Made by a program: the position numbers and the translations under genes. A stretch of DNA of 63,861 nt, the filler included, from Octopus bimaculoides (taxonomy: Eukaryota): the NCBI RefSeq assembly GCF_001194135.2. It is 4 parts of 4 records of this genome, joined end to end, with 100 filler letters (N's around TTAATTAATTAA, not from the genome) between each part and the next. Parts side by side here need not be neighbours in the genome. Positions count along the whole stretch, not along the records: positions 30,133 to 61,985 come from NC_068990.1; 3 more parts are not named here. One strand, 5' to 3'. This document shows, piece after piece, positions 38,820-51,229 of the stretch. Each line of letters opens with the position of its first letter. The stretch's first letter is position 1. The notes beneath the pieces were generated by a model. That model had not been told where the DNA came from. It ran no database searches and worked only from the letters and a program-made list of their open reading frames with translations.

Positions 38820-39712
38820 AACTTTTATTTTTTTCCTTGTTTCAGTCACTGGACTGCGGCAATGCTGGAGCATCGTCTTGAAGAATTTTAGTCGAATGAA
38901 TCAACATCGGTGCTTATTTTTTTGAAAGCCTGATTATTCGGATCTTTTTTAAAACGGGGGCCACATTTTTCATTAATGTTTTACGTAGTGTTTTTGGTAC
39001 CGAAAGACTTTCAAACTTCGTATACTTATCTATTTTGTGTTATAGAACAGAAAAATATTTTTGTATTCGAATTTATTTCATGTAAAAAATTGTCTTATTT
39101 CGATAATTTCAACCAATCACTGACAAGTATTCAGTTGTTTACATTTACTCTTTTGGCTCATTAAGCGATGTAAAGCGTATTTAATCTCCATANNNNNNNN
39201 NNAGGGTTAGGGTTAATTGTTTCAGAATCGTTTGTTTATGTAGTCGGCACTTAATGTATATCGGCTGAATGGACGTCAGTGATTGGTTGAAATTACAGAA
39301 ATACGACAACTTTAACATGGAATAATTTATGGATTTCTTTTTTTTTTTTTAAGAAGACTAAGAGAAAAAGATGTTTTATATGACACAGTCTACCAGTGTT
39401 CTAAGTTTCAAAGTGTTTCGTTAATGAAAAATGTGGCCCCCGTTTTAAAAAAGATCCGATTATTCTATTGGTCGGTTTGACAAAACGCTGATTTACAGGG
39501 ATTAAACACACAAAAGAAGGACAAACAGACACAAAGACAACACACATTGATATGGACAGATATATACGACGGGCTTCTTCCAGCTTCTGTCAACCAAATC
39601 CACTCAAAAGACGTTGGTTGGTCCGCGGCTATAGTAGAAGACACTTGTTAAAGTGCCACGCAATGGGACTCGGTGCCATCTGGTTGGTAAGCAAGCTTCT
39701 TACCACACAATC
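38820..39712 (-). mobile_element. SINE family A interrupted by a MITE insertion
   Basis: Tail at 38820-38938 resumes after 39458 in register with the family consensus (aagcctg-attatt-ctattgg). Confidence 0.75.
38939..39458. mobile_element. Non-autonomous DNA transposon (MITE) with perfect 38-bp TIRs, superfamily unassigned
   Basis: cggatcttttttaaaacgggggccacatttttcattaa (38939-38976) is the exact reverse complement of 39421-39458. Flanked by ATTATT/ATTATT (or TTAT if the TIR is one base longer). Subterminal inverted aatttcaaccaatcactgac. Confidence 0.9.
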
Positions 39713-39832
39713 AATTCATTTATATATCGGACTGAACTGATCCCAGTGCCACGTGGTGGGGAAGCGAACTTCTTACCACACAGCCACGCTTGTGCCTATA
39801 AGTGTATACATAACTATTCGTGGACATCTACC

Positions 39833-39899
<67 letters not shown>

Positions 39900-40085
39900 A
39901 TCTGTCTGTCTGTCTGTCTGTCAATACACACACACACGTGTATATATTTCTTAGAGTGCATGTGACTTGAAAGCATCCTCCCCCTGCATTCTCACCTGCC
40001 AGCTAATGTGCTTACTTGATCAGAGTGATCAGCTGAAATACATGGGGCACATGACTTTACGTGCATGCGACTCCCCACTCCACCA

Positions 40086-40118
<33 letters not shown>

Positions 40119-40249
40119 AAGCGATTGAATGATAGAGAGACCAAAGTATGCGCTGATATCATGTGGTAAATTTTAAAAAGCGTTAATTCTCGTGAATGAG
40201 TGGTTCAAGATAGGACAACTATAAATGTTTCCAAAATCGTAAACATACC

Positions 40250-40288
40250 AACAACAGTTGTCAAGCGATGGTGGGGGGAACAAAATCA

Positions 40289-40337
<49 letters not shown>

Positions 40338-40500
40338 GTGAATATATACAACGGGATTCTTTCAGTTTCAGTCTACCAGAACCACTCACAAGGCTTTGGT
40401 TGGCCCGAGTCTATTAGCAGAAGGCACTTGCCCAAGGTGCCACGCAGTGAGACTGAACCCGGAACCATGTGGTTGGTAAGCAAGCTACTTACCACAGTCA
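40250..40500 (-). mobile_element. SINE family A, 5' half
   Basis: cttgcccaaggtgccacgcagtgagactgaacccggaaccatgtggttggtaagcaagctacttaccaca. Confidence 0.8.
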
Positions 40501-40558
40501 CTTCTACGTCTCTCTCTCTCTCTCTNNNNNNNNNNCTACTTACCACAGTCACTTCTAC

Positions 40559-40617
<59 letters not shown>

Positions 40618-41217
40618 ATACAAATGGTATGTGAGCATAATGTATACATACATATATGTACATACCTACATGTATATATAGATGCATCAAGCCACATATG
40701 GAACTTTTCCTTCATCAGCTGCCTCTATTCTAAACTAGGCGTTTCGAAGATGAGGCAGAATGCGCTCTTAGAACAGCTCTTCCCACGAAACAGATTAAGT
40801 GAAACCTGCTATGCCGAGGATTCCAAAGTAGCAAACAGAAACCAACACGGGAAAACAAACGTTGAGGGCCGTTAGGCCGAACGAGATGAGATACTGAATG
40901 CTGTGATGAGACGAACTTGAGCAGAGAGAGATAGAAGTTTGTGTTGCCTTTATGCTGGCCGAATGGAGAAAAGAAGAGGTGACCACAGGTCATGTGTGAT
41001 CAACGAGGAATGGTAGAGAGAGGAAAAGGGAGGAAATTGAACATAGGTGAGCGACGAGAGGCAAGGAGCAAGAGTAAGAGAGAGATATAGCAGTGAAGGG
41101 GAAAAGCAAGGACAAAAGAGGGAAGAAGAACGAAAGGGGGAGATAGGTAAGAAGAAAGATAGATAGATAGATACAGATATATATGTATACATATACATAT
41201 ATATAGATGTATACATA

Positions 41218-41259
<42 letters not shown>

Positions 41260-41432
41260 CATACAAAAACACACATGTTTATGTACATATACATATATAT
41301 ACACACACACTTATGTATTGAAAGTAAACCTTTTCTTGTTACTCAAGTTTCACACCGTTGCGATCATTGGGCTAGAGCATGTATTGAGCACTCTTTACTT
41401 ATTTGTCCAACGTAGCTCATGAATGCGCACAG

Positions 41433-41475
<43 letters not shown>

Positions 41476-41767
41476 TAGTTACATATATAATATAGCAATG
41501 CTCTTGACTTCGAAGGACGGTGAAACAATTGTGAATTTATGTAAAACAATTTGCTCTCTCCATTCATATATATATATAAGTAAACATATGAATGCCTATA
41601 TATATATAATGTGAATGCGCTCAGGCGTGTAAATGTTTTGTGCCTATTAATATCGTTTTATCAACCTATCTAAACTTATCTGTCAATTTACCTAGTTATA
41701 CATACACACACTCATTACAAGGTATAGCAGCAACAAGTATATATACTTATCTAATCTATTACCATAT

Positions 41768-41816
<49 letters not shown>

Positions 41817-42873
41817 GATGTATATTCGCACACACATATATGTATATATATATAAAAATACGTATATATATATAAATACGTATATNNNNNNNNNNNNNNN
41901 NNNNNNNNNNNNNNNNNNNNNNNNNNNNNNNNNNNNNNNNNNNNNNNNNNNNNNNNNNNNNNNNNNNNNNNNNNNNNNNNNNNNNNNNNNNNNNNNNNNN
42001 NNNNNNNNNNNNNNNNNNNNNNNNNNNNNNNNNNNNNNNNNNNNNNNNNNNNNNNNNNNNNNNNNNNNNNNNNNNNNNNNNNNNNNNNNNNNNNNNNNNN
42101 NNNNNNNNNNNNNNNNNNNNNNNNNNNNNNNNNNNNNNNNNNNNNNNNNNNNNNNNNNNNNNNNNNNNNNNNNNNNNNNNNNNNNNNNNNNNNNNNNNNN
42201 NNNNNNNNNNNNNNNNNNNNNNNNNNNNNNNNNNNNNNNNNNNNNNNNNNNNNNNNNNNNNNNNNNNNNNNNNNNNNNNNNNNNNNNNNNNNNNNNNNNN
42301 NNNNNNNNNNNNNNNNNNNNNNNNNNNNNNNNNNNNNNNNNNNNNNNNNNNNNNNNNNNNNNNNNNNNNNNNNNNNNNNNNNNNNNNNNNNNNNNNNNNN
42401 NNNNNNNNNNNNNNNNNNNNNNNNNNNNNNNNNNNNNNNNNNNNNNNNNNNNNNNNNNNNNNNNNNNNNNNNNNNNNNNNNNNNNNNNNNNNNNNNNNNN
42501 NNNNNNNNNNNNNNNNNNNNNNNNNNNNNNNNNNNNNNNNNNNNNNNNNNNNNNNNNNNNNNNNNNNNNNNNNNNNNNNNNNNNNNNNNNNNNNNNNNNN
42601 NNNNNNNNNNNNNNNNNNNNNNNNNNNNNNNNNNNNNNNNNNNNNNNNNNNNNNNNNNNNNNNNNNNNNNNNNNNNNNNNNNNNNNNNNNNNNNNNNNNN
42701 NNNNNNNNNNNNNNNNNNTATATATATAGATAGATAGATAGATTCCCCCACCCCATATTTTTAAGAGGTCGTGGGCCAACAGGTTTTTGGAATCTGAAGA
42801 TACGCCGTAGAGCTAAACCCTTTATGGACGGGAAACCTAAGGTAATCCTATAAACCGGCCTTCCCTATTTTTA

Positions 42874-42929
<56 letters not shown>

Positions 42930-43321
42930 ATGTGTGCGTGTCTGTGTGTGTACGTATATGTAAAGATATGCATATATTCATATATACATATATATACATA
43001 TGTGTGAGTGTGTGTGTGTGTTACGTTATATCAAATAAACTTAACTAGTTATATAACTTAAAGCAATCTAAACATGGTTTTGTAACCGTAGTAAACTAAG
43101 TTAAAGCAATATGATAATAGTAATACTAACATATGAGACGAACAAAATACTGAAGATTTACTTTTCGCTCACAAGCACACAAACATACAAACACAAAAAC
43201 ATACACACACACATAACATACAAACACAACACATACATATTTGCTCATCATCCCTAAAATAAAGATGAATGTCACAACGTGTCTTAAACGCTCCCACGCA
43301 CGCACAAACATGCATACATAA

Positions 43322-43394
<73 letters not shown>

Positions 43395-44099
43395 NNNNNN
43401 NNNNNNNNNNNNNNNNNNNNNNNNNNNNNNNNNNNNNNNNNNNNNNNNNNNNNNNNNNNNNNNNNNNNNNNNNNNNNNNNNNNNNNNNNNNNNNNNNNNN
43501 NNNNNNNNNNNNNNNNNNNNNNNNNNNNNNNNNNNNNNNNNNNNNNNNNNNNNNNNNNNNNNNNNNNNNNNNNNNNNNNNNNNNNNNNNNNNNNNNNNNN
43601 NNNNNNNNNNNNNNNNNNNNNNNNNNNNNNNNNNNNNNNNNNNNNNNNNNNNNNNNNNNNNNNNNNNNNNNNNNNNNNNNNNNNNNNNNNNNNNNNNNNN
43701 NNNNNNNNNNNNNNNNNNNNNNNNNNNNNNNNNNNNNNNNNNNNNNNNNNNNNNNNNNNNNNNNNNNNNNNNNNNNNNNNNNNNNNNNNNNGTATGTATG
43801 TATATACCTGTCGACCCATGTTGGAATGCAAGACCAATTAAGGTGGATTTTTTCTGCAACAAATGCACCAGTGCTACCACAAGTTTAACAATAACATTCG
43901 CAACTGTCTGGCAAAGTTCCTGATTCCACGAGGTGCCAGACGGAGGAATTACTCTGAGATGAAACCGAACTGTTAACATGGAATTGTTGGAATCATTCCA
44001 AGTACTACACAGCATTGCATAGCACTTACACTACATTACATCACCACACTTTTACACTACACCCATCATAATATGCTTGGCTACACAACATTACACTTA

Positions 44100-44208
44100 C
44101 CGAATTAACTCGTGTATAAGTCGCGTTCGAGTATAAGTTACACCCCCGTTTTTTTTCCAGTTAAAAATCATGTATAAAACAGAGCGACTTATACGCAAGT
44201 AAATACGG
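44100..44208. mobile_element. 109-bp pogo/Tigger-type MITE with TA target duplication
   Basis: TA|ccgaattaactcgtgtataagtcgc ... gcgacttatacgcaagtaaatacgg|TA. Confidence 0.75.
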
Positions 44209-44579
44209 TACACACATACTCACACGATGTTACACTTTCTAGGAGTCCGATCTGATGAAGGATATTTTAACGTAGTAGTTTGATCTGCAAGAAACAGCAG
44301 CCAAATTTCCTCAAACCATATCCTGCTATCTTCAAAAGAGAATGATATTGAATAAATGTAGCCCTAAATATAAAAATGAAGAAATGGTCATAACTCGAAC
44401 GCCTTTTGATCATAACTCTGCTCAATTAGGATCGACCTGGTGTTGAAAGACAAATAAATCCTATATTATTGTCTACTACCACAAAACTGCGCCGAAATGC
44501 TATACATCCACACCACTCCACACCATCTGCATAATAAAATACAAGTTCTATACTACAGTATATTATACTACATAATGTT

Positions 44580-44790
44580 AAGGCGGCGACCTGGCAGAAA
44601 GGTTAAGTACGTCGGGCAAAATGCTTAGCGATATTTCGTCCATCTTCGCGTTATGTGTTCCAACGAGGTCGACTTTGCTTTTCATCCTTCTGAGGTCAAT
44701 GAAATAAGTACCAGTTACGCGCTGGGTCGACATAATCGACTTATCCTCTCCTCCCGAACTTGCTGGCCTTGTGCCAAATTTTGAAACTAT
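44580..44790 (+). mobile_element. SINE family B
   Basis: aaggcggcgacctggcagaaaggttaagtacgtcgggcaaaatgcttagcg...gaggtcgactttgcttttcatcc. Confidence 0.8.
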
Positions 44791-44894
44791 TATACTATAC
44801 AAAGTATATTTACAATACTTTGTATTCGACTTAACTGTGTATTCATCGTGGCACATGTGTGCCACGATGAATACACAGTTAAGTCGGTTCCAGT

Positions 44895-45227
44895 TAAGAG
44901 GGTTCCAGTTGATCCGTGAAATTAACGCGTAGGTGGCTGGGTACTCCACAGACACGTGTACCCTTAACGTAGTTCTCCGGGAGATTCAGCGTGATACAGT
45001 GTGACAAGGCTGGCCCTTTGAAATACAGGTACAACAAAAACAGGAAGAAAGAGTGAGAGAAAGATGTGGTGAAAGAGTACAGCAAGGTTCGCTACCACCC
45101 CCTACCGAAGTCTCGTGGAGCTTTATGTGTCTTCGCTCAATAAGCATTCACAACGCCCGGTCTGGGAATCGAAACCGCGACCCTATGACTGCGCGTCCGC
45201 TTCCCTAACCACTGGGCCATTGAGTCT
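44895..45227 (-). mobile_element. SINE family D
   Basis: Reverse complement of the 38482-38805 copy over most of its length. Confidence 0.85.
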
Positions 45228-45684
45228 ACACATAATTAACACTACTACAATACACTGTACCATAAAACACTAGTTATTTACACAACAAAATACATTAATA
45301 CTACAGTTCACTATACAACACAACATAACACATTATAACTACACTTAACAACACATTATACCAGTGGTTGAGCCCCCTTGATTACTATTCAATCCTGGTG
45401 GATCCCCATATCCATGTTTAAAAACTAGTTTTATAGATACTTCTTTCAAAATTCTAGTTTGTTATTTACACATTAAATTGTGTAGGTTGAACTATGTAAA
45501 ATGTTTGCAAAAGAAACTGAGATGTTTCTTGCATAAAATACAACAAAAGCAAAAATAATTTTATGGACCCTTAAAATATTACTGTGGATCTCAAATTCAC
45601 TATTTTGCTTGCATGGATCCCCCACCCCCACATCTTATACAGACCCCAGTTGAAAGCCTGTACACTTTAACGCACTTTTAACTA

Positions 45685-46004
45685 ACACGGCGTCAGTTAC
45701 GACGACAAGGGTTCCAGTTGATCCGACAAGGGTTCCAGTTGATCCGATCAACAGAAGAGCCTGTTCGTGGAATTAATGTGCAAGTAGCTGAAAACTCCAC
45801 AGTCTCACATATCCTTAACATAGTTCTCGGAGATTCTGCGTGACACAGAATACGACAAGGCCGGCCCTTTGAAATACAAGTACCATTCACTTTTGCCAGC
45901 TGAGTGAACTGGAGCAACGTAAAATAAAGTGTCTTTCTCAAGAATACAACACGCCGGGAATCGAACTCACGACCTTACGATTGTGAGCTGCATACTCCAG
46001 TAAC
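45685..46004 (-). mobile_element. SINE family C with an internal 21-nt tandem duplication
   Basis: Matches 25424-25738. gacaagggttccagttgatcc occurs at 45704-45724 and 45725-45745. Confidence 0.8.
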
Positions 46005-46259
46005 ATAACACACCACTGAGGTCATACATACCACACAACACAACACTAGACTTGCTACCCAATACTACACTTCACATCACTTTTATTACACAACACATTA
46101 CTATTGCTAATGTGAATGCTGCATGCACTCCATAAAATAACCCTCGAATCACACTCCTAAGCGTCTTAGAGAACCCGTTGGTTAATGTTAAAAAGTCAGA
46201 ATGATTACAGCTGGAACATCACTTTAATTACATGTCTGCCGTTTGGGTCTGACCGGGTG

Positions 46260-46460
46260 GTAGCAGCACTATCAACAACAACACTGACCGCTCGACCGAG
46301 AAGAAATAGCCAGTTCTCCCTCAAATCATTCTTCTACATATTTTAAATAATAAAAAACAGAATGTAGTCCGACATCACAAAAAGACAAGATGGGCGTGGG
46401 TAGATTGCCTTTTGATGATAGGTCTCTTCGATCATGGTTGACCTAGGGTTAAACAACAAC
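46260..46460 (+). mobile_element. Dispersed repeat family E (probable SINE or LINE tail)
   Basis: gaaatagccagttctccctcaaatc...ataggtctcttcgatcatggttgacctagggttaaacaacaac. Related pieces at ~22140, ~24870-25050, ~35410, ~44270-44455 and ~47600. Confidence 0.55.
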
Positions 46461-48659
46461 ACTATAATCCTAACTAGTATAGTATATAGTACATTTATAC
46501 AACACTACACTACCTATATATATACATACNNNNNNNNNNNNNNNNNNNNNNNNNNNNNNNNNNNNNNNNNNNNNNNNNNNNNNNNNNNNNNNNNNNNNNN
46601 NNNNNNNNNNNNNNNNNNNNNNNNNNNNNNNNNNNNNNNNNNNNNNNNNNNNNNNNNNNNNNNNNNNNNNNNNNNNNNNNNNNNNNNNNNNNNNNNNNNN
46701 NNNNNNNNNNNNNNNNNNNNNNNNNNNNNNNNNNNNNNNNNNNNNNNNNNNNNNNNNNNNNNNNNNNNNNNNNNNNNNNNNNNNNNNNNNNNNNNNNNNN
46801 NNNNNNNNNNNNNNNNNNNNNNNNNNNNNNNNNNNNNNNNNNNNNNNNNNNNNNNNNNNNNNNNNNNNNNNNNNNNNNNNNNNNNNNNNNNNNNNNNNNN
46901 NNNNNNNNNNNNNNNNNNNNNNNNNNNNNNNNNNNNNNNNNNNNNNNNNNNNNNNNNNNNNNNNNNNNNNNNNNNNNNNNNNNNNNNNNNNNNNNNNNNN
47001 NNNNNNNNNNNNNNNNNNNNNNNNNNNNNNNNNNNNNNNNNNNNNNNNNNNNNNNNNNNNNNNNNNNNNNNNNNNNNNNNNNNNNNNNNNNNNNNNNNNN
47101 NNNNNNNNNNNNNNNNNNNNNNNNNNNNNNNNNNNNNNNNNNNNNNNNNNNNNNNNNNNNNNNNNNNNNNNNNNNNNNNNNNNNNNNNNNNNNNNNNNNN
47201 NNNNNNNNNNNNNNNNNNNNNNNNNNNNNNNNNNNNNNNNNNNNNNNNNNNNNNNNNNNNNNNNNNNNNNNNNNNNNNNNNNNNNNNNNNNNNNNNNNNN
47301 NNNNNNNNNNNNNNNNNNNNNNNNNNNNNNNNNNNNNNNNNNNNNNNNNNNNNNNNNNNNNNNNNNNNNNNNNNNNNNNNNNNNNNNNNNNNNNNNNNNN
47401 NNNNNNNNNNNNNNNNNNNNNNNNNNNNNNNNNNNNNNNNNNNNNNNNNNNNNNNNNNNNNNNNNNNNNNNNNNNNNNNNNNNNNNNNNNNNNNNATATA
47501 TATATATATATATATATAAACACACACACACACACACATATATATACACACACACACACACACCGATTATGTAGTGCCAACGAGGGAAGTCTCCCTCCAG
47601 GTGGCTGGCTCTAGTTGCCTGCTTGATTACTAGAAATGACTTAATTCTTTTCTAAAATCGCACCGAACCAACTTAAAGGAGACACATTGGATAATGTCTC
47701 TGAAAAGATGGGATTGTCACAGTTGAAATACCATCCCATTTGACGGTCAAATGTATGCTACACTATTTGTTTAATATCACACAAGAATATAAAACAATTA
47801 TGATATTGTACACTATTCAACACCACAGTACTATACTTTACTTGCACTTCATTATACTATATTTATATTATCCAGCACTTTACTGTTTAAAATTATACAA
47901 AATACAGCACAACAATCTACTTATATTCTACATTGTACACACTATACAACACATCACTAGATAAACATATTAAGCTAGACTATACAGTAGTATGACTATC
48001 ATATCAGACTATACAACACAATCCAACATTATACAAATACAACATAACAATCTACTTACTGTTTAGTATTATACACTATATACAAGATACAACAATCTAT
48101 ATTGTACACTCTATACAACACAATACTATTATAACATTAAGCTACACAACACCACACTATACTATATACTACACAACTGTACATTTCGCAAAATATAATA
48201 CAACTTACACAGCATTATATAACATTAAACTATACAACAGTACATATCATATACTAGAATGGTCAATATCTCACAACAGGCATACACCTTTATACTAACA
48301 CCAAACACAAACACGCACGTTTAACACAAAAAGAAAAACAAATTTCGCAATATCGCAAAATCAAGTCTTGACTCTTCGTTACATTTCGCGGTGTCTTCCT
48401 TTCTTTCTTATAAAACTATCAAACACGATCGTCTAACGATCTCATCATTATCATCATCATCATCAACAACAATAACACAAACAATTACAACCTATCTCAA
48501 CAATAGTAATACAGACGACTCCCAACACCAACACCGCCATCAGCACCAAGCTTAACAACAAACACACACACACATTAGAACATTAACAACAAAAATAAAG
48601 TGTAGAATAAAAAACAAACAAACACAAAAACAAAAAAACAACAGGTCTTTTTGTCTTAC

Positions 48660-48893
48660 CTTCCCAAGTAATTTCCCTCGTTTGTACGTGGTGTTTGTAT
48701 TGAAGTTATGGATCATATCTGATGGTATATTATCACGGCTTTTAATAGGTCCATACTCAGGTTTACAACTACTACTACCGTTACAATTATTATTACTACC
48801 ACTGCTCCCACTATTACTACTGGACTTTCCCTTTAGCTCCTTCACGTGAGCAGTGACCGCTTTAGTGGCCCGGGCTATTACTCCGGGCGACAT
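48660..48893 (-). CDS. PLK2/PLK3-like: Polo-like kinase, first coding exon (N-terminus up to the start of the glycine-rich loop)
   Basis: 78 codons MSPGVIARAT...NIPSDMIHNFNTNTTYKRGKLLGK, in-frame upstream stop 15 nt before the ATG, strong donor AAG|GTAAGA in phase 0. Resembles, from memory, PLK1 [22 protein letters not shown] and PLK2 IVDPTTGKRYCRGKVLGK; I recall a PLK2/3 intron at this same position. Paralogue assignment is tentative. Confidence 0.8.
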
Positions 48894-50091
48894 TCCAACA
48901 GTGTGTCACTTCCACTGTCCTGTTGTAGCAACTTGGCTGGTTGTTCGTTGTCTTGTTTTGAGAAATAAGAGAGAACAGGCTGAGAAATACGCTACATAGA
49001 GACACATACACACGTTTGTATGAGTATAAATGTTATATATGTATGTATTATATACAACACGCGTTTGTGTACATGTACAACGCACACTTGTAGGATCTGA
49101 CTGGGACAGCTTCATAAAAATACAAATTTAAAAAAATAACTTCTCATCGCTGTTTGTATTGCTATCGCTCGCATGTGTTACAGCGTGTGTACGGGAGTGA
49201 GTGCGTGAAAGTGTGTGTGTCTGTATTATGGGAGTGTATGTAGAAGAGTGTTTGTAAGAGTGAGCGCATGTGTTGTGAGTAAGAGAGGGAGAGAGAGCTT
49301 ATACGAGTGAGAGAGTTGTGTGAGACGGAAAGGGAGAGAGAGAGAGAGTGTGTGTGTATGTCAGTGTGCTTGTATGTGAATGAGTATATTAGTAGAAACG
49401 TAGTGTAAGAGGGTTTGTCAGGAGTATAAGCAAGAGTGAAATGTTTGTATGTGTGTGCGTGTGTGCGTGGGAACTCTTTCTGCTGCTTTATGACAGAGTA
49501 TGTGTTCAGTGTCGCATGTGGTCTGTGTCTGTGTATCTGTTGACGATTGTGTAAGAGACATGCAGAATGTGTGTGTACTTGTGTATGTCTTTACATTTTG
49601 AGCTATCTCCGATGCTCTTTATGTAAGTACGCGTAACTTTAATGGCCGTGTCGTTGTCTCCAGTGCTCCAGTGCTGTATGTATGCATGTATGCGTGTATG
49701 TATGCATGTATGTATGTATGTATGTATGTATGTATGTATGTATGTATGTATGTATGTATGTATGCATGCATGTATGTATGTATGTGTTGTTAGTTGTGGG
49801 AGTTATGTCTCCTGTTGTATGTACCGAAGATCGTGTGTAGGAGGTTTTTCTTCCGACTGTATATAAATATACATGCATATTCATACAATGAATATGTATA
49901 TTTATATACAGTCGAAATATGCATGAATATGTATGTATATATGGGAGTGGGTGTACGGTATATACGAATTGAGTTGCATTTAGATAGGTAGTTAGACAGA
50001 CAGTCCGACGGGTAACTAGACAGACAGACTGACAGACAAACATAAATAGATAGATAGCCAGACAGACAGACAGATAGACAGACAGACAGAC

Positions 50092-50161
<70 letters not shown>

Positions 50162-50805
50162 TGTTGGGATTGTATATTATGAATGTGCGGATATCTTGGA
50201 CGGATTTGCAAGCTCTGTGAAAGTGCTTGTATCTCATTATGTGAATGTGTACGCATTAACAGTGTGTATGTGTGTCCTGCTTCCAAAATTGTCTTTATTC
50301 AGACATTATTATAGAGAAATGTCAGTTGCTTTGTGCGTGTGTTCGCGCACGAGCGTTTTAGTCTTGACAACAACTCACGTTTCATGCTATAGCGGAGATA
50401 TTTTACTTTGTTTGGGACAAATCTGAAGCCAAGTGCCTTGTTCAATCATCAGGCAGTTTCAATGAATATCTTAAATCCAGCTGGCTGTAATATATGAGAA
50501 ACTGCGAGAAAACGCTTTAACTGTAAGTGGTCGCTCATATTTACACAAACCTAAATTACGTCCTCGAACTTTCAATAACTACAATGTCTGTATAAATATG
50601 TTGAAGCCTAGTTTCTGTCTTTTAGAGTGTCTATGGGATGTTTGCTACATCGTTAAGTATGTTGAGTCCTGGAATGTCTAGAAAGGTACATGCTGCAAGT
50701 TTGTCTTTTATCTGTTGATACTATTGAGAATAAGATGGAAAGGAAGATGGAGGAAGAATGCTAAGTTTAGATATATGAGTTGTCAAAGAGATTTTGTTGT
50801 AGTGA

Positions 50806-50996
50806 TAGGAATAGCCCAAGGGATGAGAGTGTTACTTTATAGAGGTGAAGAGTTTGTTGAGTTTGTAGAGTCGTGTTGTGAGTATGGTGAAGTGAAAGTG
50901 CTGGGAAGGTTGAAAAAACAGAGAGAAAGAATATGCCCAGCTGCATCCATAGGGTGCGATGCTATTAATCTGGCGTTGGTAGGATGCTCCGATTGG
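50806..50996 (-). promoter_or_regulatory. Candidate Pol II core promoter upstream of the PLK exon (CCAAT, TATA, Inr)
   Basis: Minus-strand CCAAT at 50996-50992, TATAAAG at 50841-50835 and Inr-like CTATTCC with A at 50812 (29 nt from the TATA start). Motif match only. Confidence 0.25.
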
Positions 50997-51229
50997 ACAA
51001 TATGAATTTATTCGCATAATGCACATTCTAAAATTTAGGCAATTTCGGGAGCTCTACTGTTTAAGCAGGACGTATATACTTTCCACCGTGCAAAGACCGC
51101 ATTTTTTTCGATCTGTTTCCAGCGCGGCTTCAATCTTTAAAGAACCCTCCATTAAAAGCTGTAGCCAACAGGCTTAAAGTTGTTTGACGTTTACGGCGCA
51201 CCAGCTGTCTAGAGCTCAGTGTAGGAACA

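Noticed and set aside
39203-39214. AGGGTTAGGGTT as a chromosome-end or interstitial telomere relic
   Set aside because: Only two visible units, located inside a MITE; treated as part of that element.
40485-40590. Exact duplication ctacttaccacagtcacttctacgtctctc on both sides of a 10-N gap
   Set aside because: Typical unmerged overlapping contig ends.
40806-40915. Minus-strand hydrophobic frame YLISFGLTALNVCFPVLVSVCYFGILGIA resembling GPCR TM5
   Set aside because: Weak donor (GTTTCA), no neighbouring transmembrane exons, and phase incompatible with other candidates; could be revisited with tBLASTn.
43808-43969. 162-nt minus-strand AG/GT-bounded segment open in phase 1
   Set aside because: Not kinase-like, wrong phase for PLK exon 1 (phase 0 gives an early TAA), and no recognisable homology.
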